Shown here one piece after another: positions 43,009 to 56,786 of a DNA stretch of 64,000 bases. The DNA is from Paraspadella gotoi (Eukaryota > Animalia > Chaetognatha): contig CM119265.1 in assembly GCA_051294375.1 (NCBI GenBank), positions 16,684,005-16,748,004 of the forward strand, written 5' to 3'. The notes below the pieces were generated by a model, which saw only the letters and a list, made by a program, of their open reading frames with translations, did not search any database and was not told the DNA's origin. Every line of letters begins with the position of its first letter. Within the stretch, counting starts at the first letter, position 1. Position numbers and translations under genes: made by a program.

Positions 43009-44836
43009 TCATTCGCAATAATTGGACTTAATAGGGACGATATTTTGAGATACATCCCGATAATGCAAACTATTTCGTAACGCTTGCGCGGCGTGGTTCA
43101 ACTGCATAGCAGCATCCGGATGAGCATTTTGGTGCTGTAGAAGGGCACATTCTCGTTCAAGCATGTTGCCTACACCTTCTAAGAGTTCCAGGAATCCGAA
43201 AGACAGCGCTGCCCGACGTAGTCGGTTTAATTCTTTATAAAAATTTTGTAATTTATCGGGCAACTTTCTGGCGTGCCGGAGAATTTTCTGAATGTCCGTC
43301 TGGAGGCGGTCAGGTTTGATCCAGACGACACAGTTTTGAGAGTAGCTCCTCTTCTCCTGGACTTGAACGGGAAAGGGCGATTTGTCCTCGTCTTCGCCGT
43401 AAGGATTCTTATCCAGAAAATCGGCTGCGGGAACAAGTTTGTCGAGGTCTCCGAGCCAGGGCAGAGTGTGCGTTCCGGGTTCCAGGAGAGAAATCATAAG
43501 ATTGGACTTTTTTTTGCTGTTGGCCCAAGAGTAAATCATGCCGTACCACTCGTCACCGGCGATGACCAGGGCCACTTTATTCTCACGACGAAGACTCCCG
43601 TGCAACAGGACGGTAAAGGAGGGAGTCTTGGCTTCTGCTTCGACCTGGTCTGGGGTTAAGGCAACGGCGATCGAGACGCTATCGTTTTCTTTTCCCGGGG
43701 ATGCGGCGCCGGACGAGGAGGAAGCGGCCTCGGTTTTTTGTGGAATCGGAAGGATGAGGTGCCTGATTGGAATTGGAACAGTCAGGTGATGCGTTTAAAT
43801 GCGAACTAATTTATTTCACCGGCAGATACCTAGACACGCTCGGCGGACTCGCGATGTCTCCAGTGTTAACGAATCCGATGATGTCCAGAACAGATGAAAC
43901 GTCCTTCCTCGTCTTTTTGAAATCAAATTGTTTTTCAAATGTCAGAGGCGGAGGATAAAGTTGTATCTTGGCAACGAGGTGACCACATTTAAGAGTTCCA
44001 TAGAAGGGGGAGAAATATTTGTCCGCGAGCTTAAGAACGGTCTGTTGGACGACCTTAGCATTCAGTGTCGGCGAATCTGGTCTGAAAACGCTTCCCTGAC
44101 CACCATTCATTTCGATCAACTTCTCGAATAGCGGAACAGTTTTGTCTAAGTAGGATTCTTTTTTAGGTGTCAGCAACACAAAGTGTAGCTTGGATGAAAA
44201 CGGTAAGGGTAGAGGAGATCTGATGTGTACACCGGGGAATAAAATTAAGGCTGGTTTAATTTTAAAAGAATTTGTTCATTAACTTGCCTGTTTTGATGAG
44301 AAGCTCCATCAGGATTGTAAAACGCTGAATTTCCTGTTTTTATCCACTTTTCAATAAGACTCGGTAGCGAGGAGGATCCTATGCCAGGTCCTCCGTCGGT
44401 AAAAACAATTACCTTGATTTTTATTTCATTTTTATTTCATTTTATTTGGTAAATTCAACCCATCCAAATTTTCTTAAACTACCTGAACGGGCGTGCCCGA
44501 ATCCCAGTCGTCGGTGACCGATGCAGCCGCTCCGATCAGCCCTGCCTCCAAGCACGTCTTGTCCGCGACGACGCAGCCTTTGAGTTTGTCGCGGATGAGA
44601 CCGTAGTCACGCGTGAATGTTACTAGGGACTCCCACAAGGACGAAAACTGAAGCAGTGAGACGTACTCTAACTTGCAGTTCGTTGTTAAATAGTCGAGGA
44701 GTGTGTTGACGCCGGTCACGGCGAGCGAGAGCACATTGGAGCGAGACATTGCGTGAGGCGACGCCGGATCGGCGGATGTGTCGCGCCACCCCCGCGCCAT
44801 AGACAGTGAAACGTCTAGCAGGATCAACGTCGGCAT
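43009..44836 (-). CDS. INTS14: Integrator subunit 14 (VWA9)
   Basis: MPTLILLDVSLSM, NCKLEYVSLLQFSSLWE, VFTDGGPG, VLLHGSLRRE, WYGMIYSWANSKKKSNLM, FYKELNRLRRAALSFGF. Confidence 0.93.
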
Positions 44837-45704
44837 GTTCGTAATTCTATCAGGAAACAGAGCGAGTAAAAAAAAATTACAGAAATAGTTGGATTGTCTC
44901 CAGAGGACGCCGATAACGGAATATTTCGAATCATTTCATGAAACGTAAATTCATAGTTTTCAGAATCTAAAGATCAAATAAATAAATTGCAATCAGATTT
45001 TTTATTTAAAGTCGGTTCTCAAGGATGGAATGTGAATATATCTTAACATAATAGATAACACGAAAAGGCTTTTTGAGGTTGTGTAAGAACGGATATAATT
45101 ATAAAAACTACGATAGCTTTAACGACTTTTTTGCCAACCCGTACAACATATTGTAACAATACTAGGAGGGTAACACTGACCTGAACTAACGAAACAAAGA
45201 ATTTAAAAATAATGTAATAATCTAATTTAGAGTTAGCCGTTTGGCTTTTGAAAAAAAAAATACGCCTACTGTTAGTTCTATTCTAATTGTTTGACTAGTT
45301 TTGGATGTAAAAATAAACGGTTTTCTCACGAAATCACAGAGGGTACGAGGACGGCAGGAAAGGCAGAATTCCGAAAAAAACTTAAGAAAAGGCAAAGTGT
45401 TTTCTATGAAAAATCAAAATATAAAAAACATGGAACGTAAAAAACGGATAAAATTCCCGATGAAACCGCTATCGCAACATTAAAAAAAATCTAATTTATC
45501 TTCTCTTTTTATATTCATCAAACTTTCATTAATAATCAAATTGTTTTAAAAAAAATCACCAAAGTAAGGATAACAAATTGCATAATTTTTTCTTCTTAAC
45601 GATATAAAAATAGAAAGCAACATGAAATAAAGTTTCTTCTTCCCTTTTGATCAGTGACAATTATTTCTTTCTTTAAAAAAGCGCGTGAAGAATGAAGTAG
45701 AAAT

Positions 45705-48700
45705 TCAACGAACAAAAACGTCGTCGTAGTGATCCAAAAGCAACAATGTGAAGTTATTAATATGTTGCATAGCCGATAAATTCGCCGGTGCGCCTGTCAA
45801 GAGTCAACTTATGGATAACAAAAAGTTAAAACCTTGGCACTTTCGTTTTCGTCGTGATTAAATGAGACAACATTCTAAAATATTACCCAATGACTGAAAA
45901 TTATATATACATTATAAGAATAGAATTTAAAAAGTAAACAAAACGAAAAAAATGTTAGCTATGTATTAAAAAAGATATGAAAATACTAAAAATCAAAATA
46001 TATATAGAAAAAAAAAATAGTTTAAATATTTACTGATCAGAAATAGTCGAGACAACCTTACCTTGAGGCCATAGTAAATTGGGTCCAAAAACTATGGACA
46101 AGTTAGAAGACGTCATTTTGTTAATGTGTGACTGCGCGACAACTTCAACTAAAAACGTCATAATGAACTTGAGGACCTGGTAGTTCTCTTCTGGCAGACG
46201 AGTTGTGATTAGTTGGCTCGCGACCTTATATTTAAAGACGGATCTTTCATCAGTCGAGTAAAAACAGAATATTAACTTGCTCTTTACTTTGGTGCAAATA
46301 TGATTGTAAACTCGGAATAAAACAAATTAAACAAACCTTCACTCGGACGTCCCTGTCCATGTCCCAGAGGGAGAGGATGTGATTGTAAAGTTCGAAGGTG
46401 AGCAGGGGTTCAGGAAGTTCCCTCAAAAAGGTTTTCAGAATCACGGCGGGAATGTGCACGTCACCATAGGCAGTGAAGTCCACGGTCTCCCCTTGGTCGA
46501 AACGCGCTTGGACCTCTTTCACGTCCTTGGCGTTTGCGGATCGTCTAACGAAAGAAAAATTGAAAATATGATGATGCTGTGGCGGTATATTCACACCACC
46601 TCACGTCCACCATCCGTCAGCCAAATCCATTGGCTCAGATGCTTAGTCTATTACAGTGGTATTTACAAAGGTCAACGTTTTGACCACAAATAAACTGGGG
46701 GAAACGAGCGGGGTCAGGTTGTTATGGTCAAGTGGTTTGACCGAGGTTGCATGTTCTTCATGTTCGTCCACACATCCCCCCACCAAGCCTTTGACCGGGT
46801 GGGGAGAAGGCTTGAGAGAAGTTATTGAGCTGCGTCGTTGTTTTCTTCGTCATCTTCCGGCGGTTGAAGCATTGTCGGAAGGACGTTAAACAGATCGGGA
46901 ATGGATGATGATTGTCGACGAGCAACTTGGGGCATCATGGATGACGCGAGAGGCGCCGCTTCCGTTTCCGGAGGCGGTGCGACTTCGTCGTTGACGGTTG
47001 GAGCCGCTACTGAAGCGCGACGCGGGCGACCTCGTGGGCGTGCCCGCGGTGGTTCAGGAGGAGCGGCTTCGTCGGTGACGGCAGGTTTAATCTTGTTTAA
47101 TCTTTTACCTCCTAGGGTAACCGCGCCAGTGACTGGAGGCGTCACTGAGGGTCGGAAGCCCCCAAAGCCAACAGTGAGATGCCCCATCCCAATGGGCATC
47201 ACAGGCAACCCGGCTGTTGCCATAAGTGGTGAGCCCTACTATCGAACACGCAACCTTTTCAGGGTACGCTACGACAAACGCCTATGCCCCTGGGGTACGC
47301 TACGCCTATGCCCCCACAACTCGCGCTCTCTCTCTCCCACTATGGTAGCAGTCTTGTCAGACACCTCTCAGGCTTGAGGAACCTGAGTGATGTCTTGGCC
47401 CGGGGATCCTGTGGCGGTATATTCACACCACCTCACGTCCACCATCCGTCAGCCAAATCCATTGGCTCAGAGGGGGAACACACCATCCCAGGCGTAGTTT
47501 TCCTTCCACAGTCCTAACGACTTCCCTCTGCGTTGGCAAAGCGAGACCGTCCTAGGGTAACCGCGCCAGTGACTGGAGGCGTCACTGAGGGTCGGAAGCC
47601 CCCAAAGCCAACAGTGAGATGCCCATCCCAATGGGCATCACAGGCAACCCGGCTGTTGCCCTAATGCGATCTTTCAATGAAAAATTTTAACGACATAAAA
47701 CCTGAATATTCCCTCGCAGTCGAGAGCGTGGCACTGAAGGTAAGAGATGGTCTGCTGGACGACGGGTGGTACTGCTTCCCCCTGGTGCTCGCGCAAAAAT
47801 TTGAGCGAGACGCGGAACTGCTGCGAGTCCAAGGGGGCGAGGAATGTCGCGGTCGTTCGAGCAGGGACCACTGAGGTAATAAAGTTGTACGTAGACGTAG
47901 AGTAAAACTCCCCCAAAATGAATAACAGATATCCAACCTGGTCTGTATCGTTGTACTAATGCTCGGTCATAATCGAGAACCTCCTTGGGAATGACTAGTT
48001 GGTCGAAATGCAGATGCTCGTTCAATTCGTGAAGGTAATTCATGTAGATGATCTTAAATCATAACGTAAAAGAACTTTCAAAAAAGGCCAATGTAAAATC
48101 AAATATTTATTCTATTCAGTATTCTGTGATTCCATTCTGATGACTAAGAAAATTTTTTAATCCCAAAAATTCCCTCAAACTAACTTTTCTCCCAAATTTG
48201 GCCGAAATGAGGGGACGGAATAAGGTGAGCACAACTTTGACGAAATTAGAGGGATGCACGATCATGAGCTGCTTCAAGTTCTTTTTGTACTTTCGATCTG
48301 AAGCGTAAAGCAAAGCGAGATATCATCGTAAACATAAAGACACAGAACCCCTAGAATCAACAAAATCAACTCGCCTAGATCGTAATAAAGATCCTTGAGC
48401 AATGACAAAGGCGGCTTGTTATGGCTCCTCATTCCGAAATGAAAGTAAACGATGATGTAATCGTTGATGACGTAATGGTCTAACGTGGCCTTCAAATAGC
48501 GGAGCAATTTCCGGTGGTCGAGAAGCTTGTTTGACGGCAACTTGCAGGCAGAGAAGGTGATGACCTTCCGCCCAAACTTGTCGTCGCCCGCGACCTCAAA
48601 GATGCTGAAGCGCGATATGTCGTCGTAATTCTCGGTTTGCGGTTCCATCGCCGCGTCGCTCTCGAACTCTAAGCGTCCTATTGAATTTATAAAATTAAAG

Positions 48701-50030
48701 CTCTAAATACAAAACGGTGAAAAACAAATGCTGGCGTGAAAAAACGCACCCGGAGTCGCCAGCGCGGATTCAAAATCTTCCTCGGCCAGGTAATCGGGTA
48801 GTGATTCACCGCTTTCTGAAGCCCCGAAGCCCAAATCGGAGGAGCCAGCCCCCAAGTCACCTTGCACGAATCCTCCCCCAGTATCTTCCATCGAGGCTAA
48901 ATGATGTCAAGAATGAAAAAAACATTTTCAAAATATATATACCTTCAAATAAACAGAGCGTGCGGAAAAGAGAAAGCATGAATGTGTGAAACACACTTAC
49001 CTGAATTTTCGAAATTTTCAAAGACCGTGTTAGGACATTATCAAACGAAAAAGGTACAACACTGATTTGCTACACTGCACAAGGCACAACTCATTAATTT
49101 AGCATCCGAATTCCGGCTTAAATCGGAAATGATCAAAATACAAGACTCCTCTTTTTCGAAATATCGAAATGGATAGCGAAGTTCAGATAATTCATATATT
49201 CATACAAAAATCATTTTGCTTACGTTTAAAAGTAAGGTAGACTTATTTTAATTTTAACTTTAAAATTTGAAATAAAATTATTTGAAAAAATGAAACCATT
49301 TCCTCTGGTAAAGGTGATAGCGTTTACAGTTTGAAAATTTCCTCTCATCAATGTGCAACTGATGTGACAAGAAAACGTGCGAGGTGGGATAAATCATTTC
49401 TATTAAAAAAGACCTGATAAATCTAGATCAGTGACATCGAATTCGAGTTGAGGCTCATGATCAAATTGTGAGAAGAAAATGGCCTCTTCCGGAGTTCCCT
49501 CATGATAGTTGTTGAATTCCATGGAGGCGTTACGATCGTTCCAATCTAATTTCTTTCCATAATTTTCCTCATTGGCTCCATCACCATCATAGGTTGCATT
49601 CTAGCAAAATTGAATTATTGAAATGAAAAAAAAATTATATCCATATTCATCTGATTCCCACAAATATCAGAAATATAAAACTCCTAGTTAGAAGACTCTC
49701 CCGCCATTTGCGCTGGAATTATTAAGGTACGGGATCGAATACACATGTACAAAGTCCAAACACTAAATTCCGGCCTGGGGCCCAGGAACACTTGTTATTA
49801 AAGTGACGCATCGGTGCCGGTAAACGCATCCTACAGTCAGATCCGAGATCCCCAGAGCATGGCAAACTGACGGAAAAGTTTTCTGGGACACAACAAGACA
49901 CCCCATCTAGTGACGCTCTCTTCACTATCACATTATTGAATCAAAAAACCACCTGATCTTCGTTTCCACTGGTACTGAATAGGTTGTTGTGACTGTCGTT
50001 TCTCAGCGGCGGATTCATTTTATTATTCAT
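45705..50030 (-). CDS. BCH/CRAL-TRIO plus RhoGAP protein (ARHGAP1/8, RhoGAP68F type)
   Basis: [79 protein letters not shown]. Phase-compatible upstream exons 49953-50030 and 49414-49600 (EPQLEFD). Confidence 0.88.
46577..47660. mobile_element. GC-rich insertion with split direct repeats A-B-A-B in RhoGAP intron
   Basis: A (63 bp) 46577-46639 = 47409-47471; B (~111 bp) 47110-47221 = 47550-47660; multiple hairpins; no RT or recombinase ORF. Confidence 0.75.
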
Positions 50031-50508
50031 GTTAAAATACAGGAGGTATTAAGAGAGCACCAAGGACAGGTGCTCGAGGGCGGTAGGAAAGCAGGGGTAG
50101 TGACAATATAAATCATTCGAAAACCGCATGCAAAAAAATCTACGGAAGCTCGCAAACACGAATGAATCGAATGATGAACGTAACTCATCTACAGAATTTT
50201 ACATATTTATCCAGGTTTAAGAAAAAAGAGAAAAACTATGACAAAGTTTGTCTTGGTCATTTAAAGTCAAGCTTATTTCATCATTCGAACCCTTCTTCGG
50301 TGGCTTCATCTACTCTACTGGAATTCCGAGAAAAAAGGGAGACTTGATGACGTCACGAAAACAAGGGCTTACGGTAGAGAATTAGTTCCTCGGTTTGTTC
50401 ATGGGTTTTTGACGTTAGGGGTGAAAAAAAAACACCTACATAAAAAACCTGTTAAAACAAAACACAATATCTTCAAAATTGACAAAGACATAACAGGATG
50501 TCAGGAAG

Positions 50509-52346
50509 TTATAACACAGTTGACAAATAGTTTAAATAACCAGGGGATCTGTTCGTCACAAAATCAAGTTCCATGATGCCCTGTTCGGTTTTGACCGCTT
50601 CCAACTGGATGATTCTCTTATCGATGTAAAATTCGACGGCGCTAAGAAACTCAGCTCGGTCAAAGTAAGGCACTCGTAAAGGATAGAAGGGTTCGACGGC
50701 GGCGAACCCTTCGCCACCGAGAATCTCGGGTGGACTGACGCATTTCCTGTCGAATGGTTTCTTCGTCCTGTTCATGATCCAAGGATCCTCAACAACGTCG
50801 GCGTCGACTGAGGCGACAACGGCACCGCCGCTCCAATCAGAACGAAGCATCTTCTTAAAATTGTGGACTAACGACACGGTATCAGGAGGGACGAATACTT
50901 TGGGACTTTGGTCTGGACGAGGCAACGTCGTCGGAGTCCAAAACAGGTTGATTCCGTCGAGGGAAACGAGGATGTTCGTGGGCTGGGGGAGGACGCGGCG
51001 AGTTCTTCGCTTAGAGCATGATAACAACTCGCGAGGAATATTAAAATGATAGCATTACCCGGGAACAGTGGGTGGAAAGAAGTCGCAATTCTCTCAAGAT
51101 CGCTCCAATGCAATCCGAAGAATAACGAACCCTGTCGAGCCCAAAATCTATCAATGCGTTCAAATGTGATCCTATTAAAAAAAAAAAAACTTATGAGGCA
51201 TCCTGATATCGGAAAACAGAGCGCTACAGCTTAATATTTGAAGCTACAAATTTTTATATTTAAACGCAGCGAAATTGTATCGTTTCGGTCGATTAAAAAC
51301 GAAGTAAGAATTATCTTTCTGATCATCACCTTCGGGCGTCTCTTCTCGCATCGTCCACTTGTAAGTTTTTGTGGTGACGAGATCCTTCCTCGTCGCTAAA
51401 ATGACGGCGTTTTGAACACGAAAGTTTCTCAACCAATCGGCGCCCACATAAGGGAGGTCGATACGGCGGTCGTTCCATGAAGAGATTTCTGTCTGTTTGT
51501 CCCTCTGATAATTATAAAACCATTCAAGAGGCCAAGGCATTTGGACAATAATCCAACCTATCGCGAATTAATTCAAATTTAAGTTTTCCTTTAACTTTTT
51601 AAGTAATACGATTACATTTATTCTATTAAAAAATGGTGTTCGGTAGAAATCTAAATAATCAGGTACTATGTATTATTTTATTCGTGATTTCAAAGGTAAT
51701 TGAAGATAGGATTAATCATTAAAGATAGCTATTACCTATGCTTTACTATTGCAGCTTTCTATCCATATTAACATTGTTATTTATTTCAGAATACAAATTT
51801 AGACGGAGCTTTCCAAAAAGAAAAATTAAAGGGGTTTTGGGTATTAAAACAAATCCAATTTCAACACTACTAGCCTTTAGATGACGCGTAGTGAATTACG
51901 CTGTTGAGCGTCATCGTCTTTCCGGCACCGGGGCTTCCGTAGATCAAGTACCTTCTAGCAGGCTGCTCATAATCAGCCCGAGTCAAACAATCTCGCAATT
52001 CCAGGAATGGTCGACGCACCATAAAAGCAGCCTCGTTGACCGCATTTATTTGTTTTTGGAATTTAAGGTCGAGGCCATACTGAAATATTTGGTTGTACTT
52101 GTCCATAGGAATTGTGTAAAACAGTCCGATGTCGGTTTCGTTAAATTCGGCAGGGTCTCTTTTCGAAGTTCGAAAAACGACCGACTTCCTGGGAAGATTA
52201 AGGATTTCCGACTCCCGAGCATTTTGACGAGAAGCAAATAACGAACTGGATAGGCTCAGGTATCGACTGATCACGTTCAATTTGGAGATTCGAACAATGT
52301 TTTCTGCGAACACCGGAACTAGTGAAAATGTCATTCTTACTGCCAT
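50509..52346 (-). CDS. DAP3: Mitoribosomal protein mS29/DAP3
   Basis: EAAFMVRRPFLEL, RYLIYGSPGAGKTMTL, DLPYVGADWLRNF, YKWTMREETPEG, ILVSLDGIN, DWSGGAVVA. Confidence 0.9.
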
Positions 52347-52481
52347 ATTCTGCAAAATTGAGAAAGGAAGCTTCTGATCGAAACAAAATTCTTTTTTAAT
52401 CTGAACGAAAAAAAAATTTAAACGAAAAACACGGGATAGCTGCTCTTCTGATCAGTTATGAGAATTCATCGATCGCCTGGT

Positions 52482-52988
<507 letters not shown>

Positions 52989-53007
52989 TTACTAACCAAA
53001 GGATTTT

Positions 53008-53062
53008 CTCTGACCGACTTAATCTTAATCTTCAGTGAAATCAGAACAGCGGTGAGTCAGAG
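53008..53062 (-). promoter_or_regulatory. Conserved 5'UTR stem-loop of RPS20a
   Basis: CTCTGAC-TCACCGCTGTTC...AAGTCG-GTCAGAG; 7-bp closing stem; blocks shared with copy b. Confidence 0.75.
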
Positions 53063-53228
53063 CCAAAACTGAAATACACTTTAAGGAGAAACGAATGGAA
53101 TTTATTGAAAATAAAAACTTGAAACTTAACAAAAAGAATAGCGATTCCACAATGCTTAAAAAAAATTTTAATTTACTTTAATAACTTTGATTTGTTTTTA
53201 GAAAAAAGAATTTTGTAACGTTTTTTTT

Positions 53229-53734
<506 letters not shown>

Positions 53735-53763
53735 TGTGGAATCGGTAATTCTCGAGATACAAT

Positions 53764-53807
53764 TTCTGACCGACTTATTCAAGGTTTTGAACAGCGGTGA
53801 GTCAGAA
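53764..53807 (-). promoter_or_regulatory. Conserved 5'UTR stem-loop of RPS20b
   Basis: TTCTGAC-TCACCGCTGTTCAAAACCTTGAAT-AAGTCG-GTCAGAA; compensatory terminal pair relative to copy a. Confidence 0.75.
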
Positions 53808-53893
53808 GGTTTTTAAATAACTGTAACAAAAAACACAATATGGCACAAACTAAGTTTCAGTCGACACGAAACGAGTAACAAAAACGGTTTTGT

Positions 53894-55619
53894 TCATCGA
53901 GTCCGAAAAATCTTCAAATTATTGTCCGCTCCTCCGGTCAACATCAAATCATGAATGGACCAATCAACGGCGAGAATCTTATCCTCGTGTCCGCTCATGT
54001 TAAAAAGAGGGGCGTTAACGCTCCGGAGATCCCAGAGTTTGGCGACAGCGTCGTAGGAGCCGGAGAGCAAGAGATGCTCGTTGGTTGGCGACCACGATAC
54101 GGAGGAGACCCATCCTGTGTGATGAGTCAAAGAACTTTTGACGACTGCTCCCTCGGTGGATCGAGGATCGTAGATTCGCACGTGGCGATCCGTAGAACTG
54201 CCGGCTAATAAGTTGTTCAATGGCGAGAAAGAGATGTCCGTGAAAACCTTACTTCCTACAAGTTAAAGAACATTCAGGAATTTAACAATCACTGCCACAT
54301 CAAATATTCCTAAAATATAAAAATAATTACTAAAAATATTCTATTTATTTGAGTCAGTTATTAACACTAACAGACAATTACAATACTTTTCAAACTTTAC
54401 AAACTGACCTTGAATGAGTCGTTCTTCCTTAGCCGTTTCGATGTCCCATATCTTTATAGTGTGGTCCCAAGAGGCTGAAGCGACCTTGGGTCCGTCCATC
54501 CACTGGAGGCCCGAAACGCCCTCGTTGTGAGCGGTCAGGGTCATGAGTGGCGTTCTCGTGTGGAGCCTGGCTTTATCTTCCTTGGCGTCGACTTCGTCAA
54601 TGGTCTTGGATCGCTTGAATTTCTTCTTAATTTCCTCCTCCTCTCCCGTTCCTAAGGTTTATCACTTAATTTTCTTCAAACCAAAGTACAAAGAACGCCT
54701 CAATTACCTGGCTCAGGTTCCAAACTCGTGGACCAAATTTTAAGAGTTTTGTCCCAAGAACCAGAGAGGAATCTTGACTTATCACTATTGACACAGACGG
54801 CGTCTACACTGCCAGAATGACCCCGGCATACGTGCATACGTTCTACTGACGTTTTGTTGAAATCCATTGCCCAAATGATAAGAGTCTGGTCGTGAGCACC
54901 ACTAAAAAAGGTAAATGAATTGGGGGGTTAAGTTTGACTCTACTTAATACAAATCGTTACCAGCACATAGTCGTGGTATAACTAAAAATAATTGTACCTG
55001 ATAAAAGAAGAAACGCCATCGTTAGTTACGTTAATCCAACCAAGGGATTTTATTGCACCGGAATGACCAGGAATAGTTAGAAGTTTTTCGCCATCCGTGT
55101 TCCACACGTTGACCGTGTTGTCGTAGCAACCACTCAAAATATACCTGACATCATCTAAGAAAATGATAACACTGTGCCGAGGAAGTGGCGTGGACGTTAT
55201 TCGCCGACTCACCCCTTGTTTCCGACGACGGCGGCCACCCAATCATCGTGCACCAAACTGTCGTCCGGCTTTGGCGAGGGAAATTTCTCAACATATTCGA
55301 GTTCTATCACAGTTTCGGTGGAGAGGTTTTTGTCGACGAAGCACTGTGACAAAGGGACGCGAAGCAGCTCGCCCTCAAGAAGAAAGTCAAACTCGATGAA
55401 TCGAAACTCCGCGTCTTCGCCGGAAATGGCGCTTTCCTCCTGTTCTGCGGCGAATTTTTCCTTCAAAAGACCGTTGATGAGGTTACTAAGCTCGGGAGTT
55501 TCCAGCGCGGCGGAAACGGAAAAAGGCGAATCCGAAACGGCATGCTGAGATTGCTTGGTAAAAAATTTGACTTGGACGTGTGACGCACAGACCTCATCTT
55601 TGGGAGGGTCAACTTCCAT
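53894..55619 (-). CDS. WDR12: Ribosome biogenesis protein WDR12/Ytm1 (NLE domain plus WD40)
   Basis: VQVKFFTK, EFDFLLEGELLR, TETVIELEYVE, HDDWV, ILSGCYD, SASWDHTIKIWD, DRHVRIYDPRSTEG. Confidence 0.94.
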
Positions 55620-55748
55620 TGTTCAATCGGTATTGAAGCTAAATTATAGGAAATACAATGATAGGAATAAAAACAGAAAGTCGTTACAAAGTATTATAAA
55701 AATTAGCACCTTGATAAAATTAAGATGAAATAGGGTAAGATAACACAA

Positions 55749-56786
55749 CTAAGGAAGTTGACTATTTCCTCGGTGACAGCACTGAGAAGGCGGAGCGGTC
55801 CAATTGTAATCGTATGAAAGTCGAGAACGAAACTCTCCCTCCTTTCCACCACATATCGAACCAGTCCATAAAAGATTTTTGTGTTTGAGCCGAAGTTGTT
55901 CCAACGACTGCTTGTGGGTCACCAAGTAAGCCGTGAAGCATCCTCGAGATTTAAATTCTGTGTCGAATCGCGGGTCATGAACCCGACGAACGTCTAACGG
56001 AGCCAACCATGTCCCCATGGAAACGTCTTCGTTAAAGAACAGGCGGAGTTTCCGGGCGTTTTTTGCCACAAACTCAATGAGGCTCTCCGAGATTACGTAG
56101 CCGCCACCCAGCGCGTAAGGCAGATAGAGGTCGCAAAGATTCCACGTCTTATCCGACCATTTCCCTTTTTTAAAGGGTCTGGCTCGGCCATCGAAAAATC
56201 CCCAGTAAAGCCTGGGATGAGGATCCGTATTGGTCTTCAGTTCATCGACAATGGCGTCGATTCGAGCGAATGAGTCGTCGTCCATTTTGAGGACGTAATC
56301 AAAGCGAAGATTTGCGTGGACCCAGGCGTACATCCACAACACCTTTCTAGTCAGGTTTGCGTAAGAATCGACAAGGTTCTCCAGGATCAAGAGGTCACCG
56401 TATCGTTCAGATTCGATCGTCAGTTCCTCTTTTGCGGCGGTTGTTAAACCGGCCCCACCGACCACAAAAAGAGTGAGCGAGTCTTTTGGAGACGTCGAGC
56501 CATCTCGCAGGGTCATCCACGTATTTCGAGCAGTGTTTCTCTCTTCTAACTTGCGAGGAGCGCTGATGACGCAGACCAAAAGAACGACGTTTCTCCCGAA
56601 GAGCAACGACGAAGCGCTTCCAGCTGCGTCCTCCAAATCCGGAATTACAGGGAGACGGGACAGAGTAAAGAAACGGAGCGAAAGAAGAAAGGTTAATGGG
56701 AGAATTAAGAGCAATATCAACTTTTTGGGGAACCGTCTGAAGAAAACGGCGAGAACCAAAAGTAGATTTCTCCATAGCTGGGGCAT
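55749..56786 (-). CDS. B3GALT6: Beta-1,3-galactosyltransferase 6 (GT31), intronless
   Basis: Type II TM anchor, DSYANLTRKVL, YVLKMDDDSFARID, LYWGFFDGR, LCDLYLPYALGGGY, EDVSMGTWLA, HDPRFDTEFKSRGC. Confidence 0.94.
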   Translation of the reverse strand: MPQLWRNLLLVLAVFFRRFPKKLILLLILPLTFLLSLRFFTLSRLPVIPDLEDAAGSASSLLFGRNVVLLVCVISAPRKLEERNTARNTWMTLRDGSTSPKDSLTLFVVGGAGLTTAAKEELTIESERYGDLLILENLVDSYANLTRKVLWMYAWVHANLRFDYVLKMDDDSFARIDAIVDELKTNTDPHPRLYWGFFDGRARPFKKGKWSDKTWNLCDLYLPYALGGGYVISESLIEFVAKNARKLRLFFNEDVSMGTWLAPLDVRRVHDPRFDTEFKSRGCFTAYLVTHKQSLEQLRLKHKNLLWTGSICGGKEGEFRSRLSYDYNWTAPPSQCCHRGNSQLP

